Virus record (IMG/VR): IMGVR_UViG_3300032356_000001
Length of the DNA stretch: 57,438 nt
Origin: a virus
Direction: 5' to 3' (one strand)
Both the position numbers and the translations under genes were made by a program. The notes below the pieces were generated by a model, which was not told where the DNA came from, ran no database searches, and saw only the letters and a list, made by a program, of their open reading frames with translations. Positions 27,501 to 36,929 of the stretch are shown here, piece by piece. How positions within the stretch are numbered: position 1 is the first letter of the stretch; each line of letters opens with the position of its first letter.

Positions 27501-27727
27501 CCCTCTGTCACATGCACGCGCAGATGCATGAGATTCGCGCTGCCCGCCCAGACGACGCGGAATCCCGTCGTCGTAGGCTTAATCAGCACATGGCGGTAGT
27601 CAGGGTGATCGGGCCCGTGCGGCTTGATGGTAATCCAGCGACAGTCGGGGCACGCCGCCATGACGGAGTCCCACGGCTTCTCGCTGAGTCGTATCAGTAG
27701 CCGCTCAAGCAACGCAGACGCATGCAT
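24560..27727 (-). CDS. 1055-aa protein with a C-terminal SNF2/DEAH-type helicase core and a long N-terminal region of unknown function
   Basis: Motif I KAGIGKS, motif II LLVLDEAHQAF, MTGTPI, and motif VI QRNARAFRKGQ. Confidence 0.8.
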   Translation of the reverse strand: MHASALLERLLIRLSEKPWDSVMAACPDCRWITIKPHGPDHPDYRHVLIKPTTTGFRVVWAGSANLMHLRVHVTEGGSRRVREPMDESKREALKQRVSESWAQERDKYAQSAAKLLGYDAETLQQTDADELVGHLLRAVRVERTRRQPEKPQREPKPPEADAETPSEKSPEDEEKRKLAQAERIREASDNIAKRALEELGLAIGVDIKDVPEDLGQRLRNLNEEQIEAIGLLTNELRRHKARYERVMRENAPMATSASILTGQPVDDEALESAVAQAWQRARNAAELEVAARRNIAFWDAFDNAGRGVHARYSKGAAESLANLTLRHTGAAVHPALVQLLGVEGAAHATAIYLAQRTQDIEALTRDIEQMHAEAAMRVPAETLRRAEEEAERTRQLIEDLRSRDALSAAYAGRLATRNTLYRQAVLGQAAGSLAFTAALADALRRDTYNDDVVVQGVAEPSRLNAIARRMGLKEGDYSISRTQDGQTRLVIKRDAVSQLMKRATMEFKEDEEAKRIKRHELTLGEDWRPDGMDPTVKLGEEQRAAIEFALQRKRVVWDLKAGIGKSLSSIALGKHLLDTGQVDAVIMMAPSNLRDTMLHEHRKFFGNGIRVGVAGDLAPESRALADAHATGAEERQRLIREGDAQFLIVGHATIRNDVDAIIDRIRKHNGRVLLVLDEAHQAFSPGTGEASQIMQAMEKISEATNDDTYMVAMTGTPIRSRVSNLHRMVGWVEPRMIPESSFQLAFDGIGLGASAVHQIKEENLNRAIDPVVISEHYQLNVQRRDFEHSIPLSTHQLEELRRITAAEDTTPAAERDYQRLQAIENGDPERNALIQHLRQVMESEHQRDDLRDLRDAGHHPVGIVFANYLSGTRTIQQAFKPGEVLTYTGEDNGARRQQVRAAVNERAIVPGGRVIFDGGEGVAIRVGRSGSVRVRLDDGREMTVRPEQNPRSGVKLVAATSAGSTGLNLQGANYIVHYGLPFSKAELDQRNARAFRKGQRFSVHTHTIVAEVPKEQLQQRQLEQQGRAMEALKPAGRHLMDDSGILLRHNEAQST

Positions 27728-27732
27728 ATCTG

Positions 27733-28071
27733 TTAGTCAGGCAGAATCGGGAACTGCGCGGGCGGAATGTCGTTGGGGTCGCCTGTGGTTGTCAGCGCGA
27801 ACAGGCGCGCCGCCCAGTCGCCCAATGTCCAAACTCGCACGGTGTAGCCGAGTCCTGTCGTGAGTTCGGCTTGCGTCGCAGCAACAGCGTTGACCCAATC
27901 GCCAGAGCTGTCGATGGAATCCCAGACGATGGCGAGTCGCGTCTGGGCGGGGTCATGGAACACGCGCACGCCTGATCCCGCCAGTTCGACCCGTCGCTCC
28001 CACAGGCGCCTTAGCAGCTTGCGTGCGCGTCGACGACGCTCCTTCGATGTGCGCAATAGGATTCGGTTCAT
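27733..28071 (-). CDS. Hypothetical protein (112 aa)
   Basis: Leaderless ATG 28071, 8 nt downstream of the -10 box. Confidence 0.5.
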   Translation of the reverse strand: MNRILLRTSKERRRRARKLLRRLWERRVELAGSGVRVFHDPAQTRLAIVWDSIDSSGDWVNAVAATQAELTTGLGYTVRVWTLGDWAARLFALTTTGDPNDIPPAQFPILPD

Positions 28072-28079
28072 CTCGCTCA

Positions 28080-28085
28080 ATTATA
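28080..28085 (-). promoter_or_regulatory. -10 box (gGCGTATAATTg), leaderless class; overlaps the terL stop codon
   Basis: Minus strand reads ggcgTATAATtgagcgagATG. Confidence 0.55.
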
Positions 28086-29385
28086 CGCCGCGCATCCAGC
28101 GGTCATCGACCATCGGCAGGTATCCGACCGAGCGCGTGTACGGGATAGCGAGTTCCCAAGCGAGCGCGACCGCTATCACGATGTCGTCGTGCTTCCCTTC
28201 GGGCGCCTTCACACGGAGTCGTCCCGCGTCTGTGCGCTCGTATTCGAACCGTGTGAACTCGTCGATGAGTATCGGGTCGTTGAGCAGTTGCAGCCCGTCG
28301 TATTCCAGCCCCATCGAGAGCTTGGAGACGACTGCGAGCTTGCTCATCGGCGTGAACACGAACGGGTAGACCGCCAGCCCGTTGCGCAGGAGCGTGTCTG
28401 CCATGTGGTCGTTGCCTGTGGCGTCGATGCATATCGGCGCGTGGAACCTGCGGGCGACATGCATGATGCGCTCCGCTTGCGTGTTCCAGTCGACGCGGTT
28501 GAACCGCTCCATATAGCACAGGTGCTTGCGAGTCGCGTCGATGACGGCGATAACGGTGAAGTCGCGGTACTTGGCGAGGTCGACTCCGACGGTGTATTGG
28601 TGTCCCGTGATGGGCGCGGGCTGCCACTCCGCGCTGAGACAGCGCGTAAAGTTGCGGAACACGCTCCCGCCATCGGGCAGGAACTCGGCATAGATTTCCT
28701 GCCGCGCGGTATCCTCGTCGAGTTCGGCGAGCATCTGCTCAATCTCATCGCGCGGGATGTACGGGTTGCGATGCGTAGGCATCTGGAACGCTGCGAACAG
28801 CGGCTGTGCGGGGTCTTTCCCAGCGACGAACAAGTCCCAGAACCAGTTCATGCGCTTCGGCGTCGAGATGACGAGCGCGTGACCCTCGCGGTCGGTCAGC
28901 ATGGGACGCAGGTACTGCGACCAGATGAACCCCTCGCGGATGGTCGCCGCTTCGTCGATGACGAGCAGGTCAATCGCGCGTCCTTGCAGCGAGCGCGGGT
29001 TCTCCGCCGTGCGCGACTGGAGTATCCCGCCCGTTGTGAACTCTAACTCGTAGGGCACGGAGCGCCGTCGGGCGACGATGTCCTTATACTGCAGCCCCGA
29101 CTTGAGACAGAGGTTGCGCAGGATCGATTCGACGCCGTAGGTGAGCGGTCGCGTGAGGTCATAAGTCGGCGCGACGATCCAGACATGTCCGCCCAGCAGC
29201 GCGTGAGCAACGGCTTCTGCAGACGCGGCGGTCGTCTTGCCAAACCGTCGTCCGCACGCGACGATGCGGAACCGCGCGGGGCTATAGAGTATCTCCGCTT
29301 GCGCGTCGTGCGGGCGGAAGTCCATCAGCTGGTAGAGCTGCGGCTTCCACCGTATCGGCGGGAGACGATTCCACGCTGGGAGCAT
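28081..29385 (-). CDS. terL: Terminase large subunit
   Basis: Walker A ACGRRFGKTT and Walker B LLVIDEAATI; C-terminal nuclease-like half. Confidence 0.9.
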   Translation of the reverse strand: MLPAWNRLPPIRWKPQLYQLMDFRPHDAQAEILYSPARFRIVACGRRFGKTTAASAEAVAHALLGGHVWIVAPTYDLTRPLTYGVESILRNLCLKSGLQYKDIVARRRSVPYELEFTTGGILQSRTAENPRSLQGRAIDLLVIDEAATIREGFIWSQYLRPMLTDREGHALVISTPKRMNWFWDLFVAGKDPAQPLFAAFQMPTHRNPYIPRDEIEQMLAELDEDTARQEIYAEFLPDGGSVFRNFTRCLSAEWQPAPITGHQYTVGVDLAKYRDFTVIAVIDATRKHLCYMERFNRVDWNTQAERIMHVARRFHAPICIDATGNDHMADTLLRNGLAVYPFVFTPMSKLAVVSKLSMGLEYDGLQLLNDPILIDEFTRFEYERTDAGRLRVKAPEGKHDDIVIAVALAWELAIPYTRSVGYLPMVDDRWMRGV

Positions 29386-29887
29386 GCGAGGACAATTCTA
29401 CTTGACTGCGTATCTCTCGTAGTGCCTGCACGAGCGGGTTCGTCTCAGGCGTGCTGGATGTCCATTCGACGCGCGACTCCTCGCGTAGCACGCCGACGCC
29501 ACGCAACACATCAGTCGCTAACGACGCGCGAACATTCGGCGGGGTCTGGTCATCGCGCAGGAGCTGCTCAATCGTTCGCGCCGCCAGCGGGGTCAGATGG
29601 AGCGCGTAGTGCAGACGGATGTTGTTAATCTGCTCTTGGATGCGCTGTTCGTATTCGACGATGCGTTCGCGCCAGCGGTACTTCTGCGCCCATCGCGCGA
29701 TGGTCGGAAGCGATGCGTTCACGGCGACCGCCGCTTGACGCATGGAGCGAGCGACCGTGGCGTAGTGGCAGAACGCGCGGTACGCCCGTGTCGGCTCGCC
29801 CTCAATCGGCTCCAGCAGGATGTTCTGTACGGCGGAGGAGTGCTGTGAAGAGGCGCCCGTCGTACTGCTCTTCGGTGTCTTCGGCAT
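29282..29887 (-). CDS. terS: Terminase small subunit (HTH type)
   Basis: SMRQAAVAVNASLPTIARWAQKYRWRERI HTH; lies immediately upstream of terL with a 104-nt overlap. Confidence 0.55.
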   Translation of the reverse strand: MPKTPKSSTTGASSQHSSAVQNILLEPIEGEPTRAYRAFCHYATVARSMRQAAVAVNASLPTIARWAQKYRWRERIVEYEQRIQEQINNIRLHYALHLTPLAARTIEQLLRDDQTPPNVRASLATDVLRGVGVLREESRVEWTSSTPETNPLVQALREIRSQVELSSHAPSVESSPADTVEAAALPADGLPPARRASGDTL

Positions 29888-30485
29888 ATTCAGAGTCTAC
29901 CTCGCGCAGGTGCGCATGGAGTTGACGCGCGAGCAGGTCATCGTCGCGCGTCACGGCGACCATCACGGTACGGATGATTGCCGCCGCGGCAGGGTTGCGC
30001 ACGGCAGACGCTCCGCGCTCCGTGCGGTCAACAGGCAGGAACTCATTCTGCATCACGGCGTTCGTCTGCGCTTCGAGGATCGCGTCCAGCTCGATTTCAA
30101 CCATGCGCACGAACGATTCGTCGAACACGGGCATCTCCAGCACGGGCTGGAGTTCGGGGATGGCAACCATCGATTCGTAGTCCCACCAGCTGAGTTCCGC
30201 GAGGCGGTTGTCCGCCATGAGTATCGCAAGCGCATGGGTCTCATCGCACTCGACGCGCACGATGCGAATCGTCTCCCAGCCGAGCTGGCGCGCCGCCTCG
30301 TAGACGCCGTTGCCCGCGAGGATGTAATCCGTGCCCGCATGCACGACAATCGGACGGTACTGACCAAACTCGCGCAGCGAGTTCTTAAGCAGTTCGAGCT
30401 GCTCATGCGGGTGACGGCGCGTGTTCTTCGGATGGGAACGAACGGAGTCGATAGGTACGACCTCGACCTGTGGGCTTACCGTCAT
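29802..30485 (-). CDS. ParB N-terminal domain (ParB/Srx nuclease-like) protein
   Basis: VVPIDSVRSHPKNTRRHPHEQLELLKNSLREFGQYRPIVV..ILAGNGVYEAARQLGW. GGAGAG SD precedes ATG 30485. Confidence 0.75.
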   Translation of the reverse strand: MTVSPQVEVVPIDSVRSHPKNTRRHPHEQLELLKNSLREFGQYRPIVVHAGTDYILAGNGVYEAARQLGWETIRIVRVECDETHALAILMADNRLAELSWWDYESMVAIPELQPVLEMPVFDESFVRMVEIELDAILEAQTNAVMQNEFLPVDRTERGASAVRNPAAAAIIRTVMVAVTRDDDLLARQLHAHLREVDSEYAEDTEEQYDGRLFTALLRRTEHPAGAD

Positions 30486-30495
30486 CGCGTCTCTC

Positions 30496-30684
30496 CTATC
30501 GCGTCCGTCGCATGCGCAGCGTCGATTTCGGCGTCCTGCGTCGCTGGAACGAGGGTTGCATACCGCGCCGCGTGGGCACGGTGGATGCCTCATGGTGGCA
30601 GTTGCCGAGCGAATACTTGCCGTACTTGTCGGTTCCGCCCTTCGGGTGCGATGAGCCGATGTGGATGTGTTTCGTCTTCTCCAT
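30496..30684 (-). CDS. Small basic protein (62 aa), MEKTKHIHIGSSHPKGGTDKYGKYSLG...
   Basis: ATG 30684 lies 8 nt downstream of the -10 box; the longer in-frame alternative (30689) belongs to a different frame. Confidence 0.4.
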   Translation of the reverse strand: MEKTKHIHIGSSHPKGGTDKYGKYSLGNCHHEASTVPTRRGMQPSFQRRRTPKSTLRMRRTR

Positions 30685-30692
30685 AGCATTCA

Positions 30693-30698
30693 ATTATA
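30693..30698 (-). promoter_or_regulatory. -10 box (gTCGTATAATTg), leaderless class
   Basis: Overlaps the stop codon of the 806-aa gene. Confidence 0.55.
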
Positions 30699-33114
30699 CG
30701 ACGGCGTCGCCGAAGTACCGCGCGGTGAGCGTCGTCTCGCCGTGCGAGCCGCCCCAGACGCGATGCTGCACGCTGGTCACCAAGTACCGCTTGTTATTGA
30801 TACCGAACCTGTTATTGCGCGAGATGAACCGCACGCCCGCGCCAGGGAACAGGTTCGGCGTGAGCGGCACGCGCATGGTGATCGTCTCGTTCGGCTGGCG
30901 GAAGAGCTGGAAGATGGTATCGGCGGCGGCGCGTGCGAACTCCAGCCGTGCGAACTGCGAGTCTGCCCAGACGAACGGCTGTGGGTAGCCGATGTAGTTT
31001 GGCGCGGTCGGGTCGTTCATGCTGGCAGTGTCGATGCGATGCGAGACGATGGGCAGCTGGAGCGGGGCGTAGGCGTCGACGCCGATGATGGTGACCGTGT
31101 TGCGCACATCGCCGAGGTCGCGCTGGAGCGAGACGGTCGACTCCTGCTCGGTAAAGACGAAGTCGTCGGATGGAGGCGTCTCCAGCCCGCGAAACTTATG
31201 GAACGCGAGTTTCCCGTGCTGGTTGAAGTAGAGCAGGAACCCGATGGTCTTCGCGATGCGTCCCATCACCTCCCAGAGCGGGACGCCTGTGAACCGTGTG
31301 AGCGGCGTGCCTGCCGCGCCGACGGGCAGGAACCATGCGGGCTCGGGCGCGGGAACCTCATCATACGGCGTGCTGGGCACGAGTCCTGCGAAGAGCAGGT
31401 CGTCGGTCGCGATTCCGCCGAGTCCTGCGATGTACGCCATCGCGTAGTAGCTGTTCCAGCCGTCCATCCATGCGAGCCACCAGCGCGGCTGCTCCAGTTG
31501 CGCCACGCGGTCGACGCACTGCACGACGAGCTGCTGCACGCCGCTCTGACCCGTGCTGACCGTACCGCTCCGATGCATGTAGCCTGTGAACACGGTCGTG
31601 AGCGGGATAGTGTGTGGAGGCGGGAGCTGCACATCGACTCCGCCGACGACATCGTGCGCGTACCGTGCGAGCTGGATGCGTATCGCGCGTTGTCCCACCT
31701 GCTGGTTCCAGTTCGCCCAGTACCCGTCGGGGTCGAGGTAGACCAGTTGCGCCTGCGAGCGTATCTGCAATCGCGCGATATCGTAGTGCCACGCGACGGT
31801 TATCTCCTGCGGCTGTGCAAACGACGGGTCGGACAGGTCGCGCTGGGGCGTCGGGTCGAACCCGAAGTCGACGCCGCGCACGATGGGCGTGTCGGGCGCG
31901 ACGGTGCGGTCGCCGACGGTGCGCTGTTGCGTGGAGTCCGTGTGGCGCAGGGTGAGCTTGTACCGCAGGGTGGGGATGTCCTCGATGGTGACATTCGCAT
32001 CGGTATCCGTCGGCTTCGGCACGGCGTAGCGCACTTCTTTGGTGTCGGGCTCGGCGGTGGGCACGAACCCGACCTGCTGCTCGCCGCCCTCAATCTCGCC
32101 GACGGCGTCGAACCACATGGGGCTTAGGGCGAGCATCATGCTGCGCCAGCGCCACCAGCGGATATGCACGACCTCGATGAGCCTATCGGGCGGGATAGGC
32201 GTCGGCTGATACGGCGGGAGCGGGCTGGATGGGTCTTGGGCGTAGTCGCTGAACGCGGGCGGGCGAACCAGCGGGATGACCAGCGGGGCTTGCAGACCTT
32301 CGAGGTCGATGAGCAGTCGCCCGCCGAGAACGATGACGCGCAGCCCGTGCATGAGGCTGGCAGGTCGCGGCTCCTCACGGTAGGTATCCAGCGTTTGGGC
32401 GAGTTCGGCGTCCATGCCGTCGATGCGGAGCGAGCGGAGCGGCGTCCATGTGATGTTGGTGAGCGTGCGCATATCGCTCAGCGTCGCGCGGGTCACGAGC
32501 AGCTCGGGCGCACGGCTCGGCGTGACCTGCAGGGCGTACCAGAGATACTCGGTCGCCTCGTCCGACTCGCGCAGTCCGAGCGTGATACGGATGCCAGGAC
32601 GCGACTCGTTCGTCGCCGTGTGCGGCTCCATGCGCCAGCGGATGATGTACCCGCGTCGGGCGAGCTGGGCGTCCACCCAGCGGTCGTCGCCGCTGGCGGC
32701 GGGGATATGCTCCGCGCGTTCACAGAGTACCGCATACGCCGTATGGGGCGTCATGCGCTCGTACCAGTGCAGGTACTTCTGCCCGCCGAGCGTGTATTCC
32801 CATACTTTGCCGACGCCTGGCACATTCGACGAGACCAGCGTCGGAGTCACGGAGTGGCTCACCTGCAGCGTCGGCGCAGGAGGGTCTTCGGGCGTGGTAC
32901 GATGCGATGCGAGCAGTTCCGTCGGCAGTTCATGCTCGCGCAGTCGCACGGCGTCGATAATCGGCTCGATGACGATGCCCGCGTCGGACTTATCGTACCG
33001 CCACGGACTGCCCCGCGCGGGAAAGTCCGTCCAGCGCAGGCGCGGATAGGGGTAGTAGTCCCAGACCGCGTGGGGCAGGTCAATCACACACTGGGCTGCA
33101 GCGCGTACTCGCAT
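30694..33114 (-). CDS. Large tail structural protein (distal tail / baseplate-like), 806 aa
   Basis: Size and position directly downstream of the tape-measure-like gene; no motif recognised. Confidence 0.45.
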   Translation of the reverse strand: MRVRAAAQCVIDLPHAVWDYYPYPRLRWTDFPARGSPWRYDKSDAGIVIEPIIDAVRLREHELPTELLASHRTTPEDPPAPTLQVSHSVTPTLVSSNVPGVGKVWEYTLGGQKYLHWYERMTPHTAYAVLCERAEHIPAASGDDRWVDAQLARRGYIIRWRMEPHTATNESRPGIRITLGLRESDEATEYLWYALQVTPSRAPELLVTRATLSDMRTLTNITWTPLRSLRIDGMDAELAQTLDTYREEPRPASLMHGLRVIVLGGRLLIDLEGLQAPLVIPLVRPPAFSDYAQDPSSPLPPYQPTPIPPDRLIEVVHIRWWRWRSMMLALSPMWFDAVGEIEGGEQQVGFVPTAEPDTKEVRYAVPKPTDTDANVTIEDIPTLRYKLTLRHTDSTQQRTVGDRTVAPDTPIVRGVDFGFDPTPQRDLSDPSFAQPQEITVAWHYDIARLQIRSQAQLVYLDPDGYWANWNQQVGQRAIRIQLARYAHDVVGGVDVQLPPPHTIPLTTVFTGYMHRSGTVSTGQSGVQQLVVQCVDRVAQLEQPRWWLAWMDGWNSYYAMAYIAGLGGIATDDLLFAGLVPSTPYDEVPAPEPAWFLPVGAAGTPLTRFTGVPLWEVMGRIAKTIGFLLYFNQHGKLAFHKFRGLETPPSDDFVFTEQESTVSLQRDLGDVRNTVTIIGVDAYAPLQLPIVSHRIDTASMNDPTAPNYIGYPQPFVWADSQFARLEFARAAADTIFQLFRQPNETITMRVPLTPNLFPGAGVRFISRNNRFGINNKRYLVTSVQHRVWGGSHGETTLTARYFGDAVV

Positions 33115-33116
33115 GG

Positions 33117-35996
33117 CTATTGCGTCGGTACAGGCACGGTGACGGTCACGGATTCGACCGCTCGCGTCTGGTTATTCATGTTCAGATGCACTTGCTGCGC
33201 GTCGATGAGTCGGTTGCCCGAATCCTCGACGACGATTTGGATGCGCAAGTCGCCGCTGAAGGCGTTCTGTGCGCCCGCCATGATAGACGCCATAGCGGTC
33301 TCGACGATTCCCTCTTGCGTGCCGAGCCTGCCGATGAGCGTGCGGTACATCATCGGCACGGTCTCGCGCATCCACTGGGCGCGTTCGCGCGTGCCGCCGA
33401 ACGCCCACGGCACGATGTCATAGAACAGGCTCGCCTCGCGCCGTGTGAACGATGCCGCGACGGCGTCCATGCGTGCGGGCGCGTTCCAGACCTGCGAGAC
33501 GAGTCGGTCGAGCCAGCGGTTCTCGTAGGCTTGCTGGTACTGCGCGAGTTCGACGACCTGTTGCATCGACTCCTGTCGCCATCGGGTCTCCATCTCCTCT
33601 GTCCACAGCCCGCGCTCGCGCATGCGCTCCCGATGCATCGCCATCCCGCGAAGTCGCTCGCCCGTCTGGCGCATGAGCGATTCGTAGAGGGCGCGGATGT
33701 CCGCGAACTGTGCGAAGGTGGTCTGCGCGGTGGTCAGTATCGCTTGCGTCGCGGCGCGTCGTCGGAGCCAGTCCTGCGTGGGCGGTGGGGTAGCCATCGA
33801 TTCGAGACCCGCGATGCGCTGGAGTTCGAGCTGCTGGATTTGCGTCTCGATTTGCATCGATTCGACCTCGCCGACCTGCGCTTGGAGCTGACGGAGCGCC
33901 CCGATTCGCGCGTCGGTCGTGCGCACAAGGGTCTCGGCGCGTGTGAGCATCGCGCCGCCGACAGTATCCACAGTGCCGCGTCGCGCGATGACGAGCCCGT
34001 ACTCCGCCTGCACGGTCGCCAACGCGCTGGTCGTCTCCGTAACCTGCACGCGGAACTGTGCGAAGGACACGGCGATTTCGCGCAGGCGGAGCGCGAGCTG
34101 CTCCGCCGTGACGAGCAGTTGCCTGAACTCGGGCGTGTCCATCAGCGCAGGCGCATACGCTTGTATGTTGGCGATGCGCTGATTGATGAGCTGCGCTTCA
34201 GTGGCGCTCGTCTCGTACAGGCGCTCGAACGCCGCGGTCGTATCGCGGATAGCGCCGAACCGCTGCGCTTGCGCGAGCTGAATCTGTGCGCGTGCGGTCT
34301 CGACGCCTGCGAGCTGCTGCCCGCGCTGGAGATAGAACATCTCCCACGCGATATCGCGTAGGTTTCGCCCATCGGGCGCGTTGGCGAACTGGAGCGAGAC
34401 CATGCGCGGGTCGCCCTGCATCGCGAGCGTCATGAGCGCGTAATCCCAGCGGTTGACTGCGCCCGAGCCGAAGAGCTGCATCATGACGGGCGTGTTGACC
34501 GCCGTGACGAGTTCGTCGAGTACCTGCTCGGCGATGGGGTTGACTACGCCGCTGAACATCGGGAACCGTCGCAGCAGCGTGTGTCGGAGCATGCCCGTGA
34601 ATTCGAGGATGTTGGCGGGCGTGCGCGGGAAGGCGCGCCCTGCGGCGGTGGGCGTGGCGACGGGTGTTTCGGGCACATAGTCCGTATCGAGCAGTTGCTC
34701 GATATACCGATAGCCGCGCAGTTCGGGGATGTCGATGTCAGCGCCGATGCGGTGTCGCTTCAGGCGGATCCTTGTCGCCGGTTTGACACCCGAACGGAGA
34801 AGATGAAAATAGGGCGAATTTGACAACACGGCTCGCGATCGGTCTTCTTCTACGCTCATGGTGTAGAAGTCGAGTTCGCCGCTGAGCGTGCGGGTTCCGA
34901 ATTCGGGTTGCAGTGCGCCGCGCACGGCGAATCCCTGTTGGAATCGGAACCCGCGCAGCATAAGGTCGGCGGCGCGTTGGAGTTCGACGGCACTGTAGTA
35001 GGGTGAGAATCCGAGCAGGTCTGCGCCCATGCCCATGATACCGAGCGTGCCGCCCATGCCTGCGAGCGGGAGCGCCATGAGCGGTTGCTGGCGCGTGATG
35101 CTCGCGGCGATGTATTGCGACTCGTAGGCACGCATGAACCGCGCGTGTCCCTGCACGGCGGCTTCCATCTGGGGCCCGAAGAAGGGTATCCACGACAGCA
35201 CGCGGAAGATGGGGTTCGCGGTGACGGCGTCGTAGAAGATGCTGCTGGGCGTGGTGCCGCCTTGTCCCGTGACGCCCGCCATCATCTCCGCGCCGAGGTT
35301 GCGCCCGACGGCGTTGAGCGACGGGGAGATGAGGAACATCGCCGCGGCGGCTGCCATCGTGGCGGGATTGAGCGCGAGTCCGAGCGCGGGGATGGATTGC
35401 ATCGCGGTGGCAAGTCCAGAAGCGACCTGTCCCATCGCCCAAGTGCCGAGTCCCATGCGCCCGCCTGCGTACCCCATGCGGGCGATATTCTGGAGCATCG
35501 TGACCATCGGATCGTATAGGTCAGGCGGTTGCGGGGGTGTCTGCGGCGTGAGTACCTGCGTCGGGTTAGCCATGCTAATCGTCGGCTGCTGCTGTGCTGG
35601 CTGTTGTGCTGATTGTTGTGTTGGCTGCGAGGTCGCACTCGGCGTTGGCGGAGGCGGTTGCGTCGCCTGCGTGATTTGCTGAGTCGCCTGCACATACGGT
35701 TGCGTCGCGTGTTGAAGCGTCTGCGCAGGGCTGGGTGGCGGCGTGGGTGGTCGAGTCTGTTGCGTGGCTTGCATGCCGTGTGCGTGCGCTTGCTGGGCTA
35801 CTGGGAGACTCGACGGGATCGCGGTGGGCGTCGGGGGCACAGCGATTCCTGACGGCGCGACGCTCCAGCCCGTCGGCATGGCGGGTGCGCTGGGCATGAG
35901 CGATTGGAGCGTTTGTACGAGCGATTCGAGGTCGGACTTGAGCTTCTCAAGTCCGTCCAGCCGAACTTTGAAGGTTACATCGCGCTCGCGTTCCAT
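33117..35996 (-). CDS. Tape-measure-like protein (959 aa) with an N-terminal P/T/Q-rich tract
   Basis: Length, Gly/Ala/Met-rich hydrophobic segments (GMGLGTWAMGQVASGLATAM...) and a long helical C-terminal part. Confidence 0.5.
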   Translation of the reverse strand: MERERDVTFKVRLDGLEKLKSDLESLVQTLQSLMPSAPAMPTGWSVAPSGIAVPPTPTAIPSSLPVAQQAHAHGMQATQQTRPPTPPPSPAQTLQHATQPYVQATQQITQATQPPPPTPSATSQPTQQSAQQPAQQQPTISMANPTQVLTPQTPPQPPDLYDPMVTMLQNIARMGYAGGRMGLGTWAMGQVASGLATAMQSIPALGLALNPATMAAAAAMFLISPSLNAVGRNLGAEMMAGVTGQGGTTPSSIFYDAVTANPIFRVLSWIPFFGPQMEAAVQGHARFMRAYESQYIAASITRQQPLMALPLAGMGGTLGIMGMGADLLGFSPYYSAVELQRAADLMLRGFRFQQGFAVRGALQPEFGTRTLSGELDFYTMSVEEDRSRAVLSNSPYFHLLRSGVKPATRIRLKRHRIGADIDIPELRGYRYIEQLLDTDYVPETPVATPTAAGRAFPRTPANILEFTGMLRHTLLRRFPMFSGVVNPIAEQVLDELVTAVNTPVMMQLFGSGAVNRWDYALMTLAMQGDPRMVSLQFANAPDGRNLRDIAWEMFYLQRGQQLAGVETARAQIQLAQAQRFGAIRDTTAAFERLYETSATEAQLINQRIANIQAYAPALMDTPEFRQLLVTAEQLALRLREIAVSFAQFRVQVTETTSALATVQAEYGLVIARRGTVDTVGGAMLTRAETLVRTTDARIGALRQLQAQVGEVESMQIETQIQQLELQRIAGLESMATPPPTQDWLRRRAATQAILTTAQTTFAQFADIRALYESLMRQTGERLRGMAMHRERMRERGLWTEEMETRWRQESMQQVVELAQYQQAYENRWLDRLVSQVWNAPARMDAVAASFTRREASLFYDIVPWAFGGTRERAQWMRETVPMMYRTLIGRLGTQEGIVETAMASIMAGAQNAFSGDLRIQIVVEDSGNRLIDAQQVHLNMNNQTRAVESVTVTVPVPTQ

Positions 35997-36929
35997 CTAT
36001 GAGGTCGCATGGTATATCGGCGGCGTGCCCGTCGCGTTCGCGATGGGCGTGCCCAGGGCGACGCACTGCACTTGTTTGAACATCGGGCCGTAGTTGACGG
36101 GCAGGTCGATAGGGTTCTCGGCGACGAGCCGCGGGAATCGGATGAATCGGTTGCTCGGCGTACTGAATCGGACGCCGAAGTCGAACCCGTTCGGGTTGTA
36201 GAGGCTGGCGAGCTGGTCGTCGCGGTAATACTGGAGCGTGATAGTCGCCGAGGCTTGCACCTGTCCGCCGTCCCATCGCGACAGCGCCGTGCCGAAGTTG
36301 TCAGTGCCTTCAGCGATGGGCGCGTTCATGACGAGGTTGTTGGCGACAGAGAACTCAACGCTGTAGATGGGCTGAAGGTCGATGTCGCCGCCCGAGACGA
36401 ACAGCACATCGCGCCAAGTGAGCGGCGTGTCGGCGAACTGGGGATAGACGAGCTGGGACGGGTTCGTGCTGAGCTGCGCGCCGATATTCGGCGCTTGCGC
36501 GACGATGTTCCACATGACCAGCTCACCTTTGGTCAGGGTCATCTGCGCCGTCTGCACCTTGCAGCCGTGAAACTGGTAGGTCGCGTTGCCGTCGTAGAGA
36601 CGGATCGACGCGGCATAGGAGTCGCCGTCGGCTTTGCGAGCCATAATCCAGTCGAGCAGCGTCGCGTCCATGCCGAGTCCGAATCCAGTCGCGTGTCGCA
36701 TGCAGAGGATGCGCAGCTGAATCTGCGCGAACTGCACGCCGTCGCTATAGAGGAACGCCCAGTCGCGCGAGTGGATGGGCGGAACGATGAGATTGCGCCG
36801 TCGCATGACCGCCGCGCCAACGAGCGGGTACGGCGTGTAGTTGGCATCCGCTGGGGGCGCAGCGGGATCAAGCGTCTGCGCGATGCCGAGTACGGCGCGC
36901 CTACCATGCGGGATGTAGAGTACGGGCAT
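35997..36929 (-). CDS. Putative major tail (tube) protein
   Basis: Position immediately upstream of the tape-measure-like gene only. Confidence 0.35.
   Translation of the reverse strand: MPVLYIPHGRRAVLGIAQTLDPAAPPADANYTPYPLVGAAVMRRRNLIVPPIHSRDWAFLYSDGVQFAQIQLRILCMRHATGFGLGMDATLLDWIMARKADGDSYAASIRLYDGNATYQFHGCKVQTAQMTLTKGELVMWNIVAQAPNIGAQLSTNPSQLVYPQFADTPLTWRDVLFVSGGDIDLQPIYSVEFSVANNLVMNAPIAEGTDNFGTALSRWDGGQVQASATITLQYYRDDQLASLYNPNGFDFGVRFSTPSNRFIRFPRLVAENPIDLPVNYGPMFKQVQCVALGTPIANATGTPPIYHATS

Noticed and set aside
35520-35760. P/T/Q-rich tract (..TQQTRPPTPPPSPAQT..QPPPPTPSATSQPTQQSAQQPAQQQPT..) near the N-terminus of the tape-measure-like protein, considered as a separate feature or repeat.
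   Set aside because: It is only compositionally biased and has no exact DNA repeat unit. It is treated as a flexible linker within the CDS.
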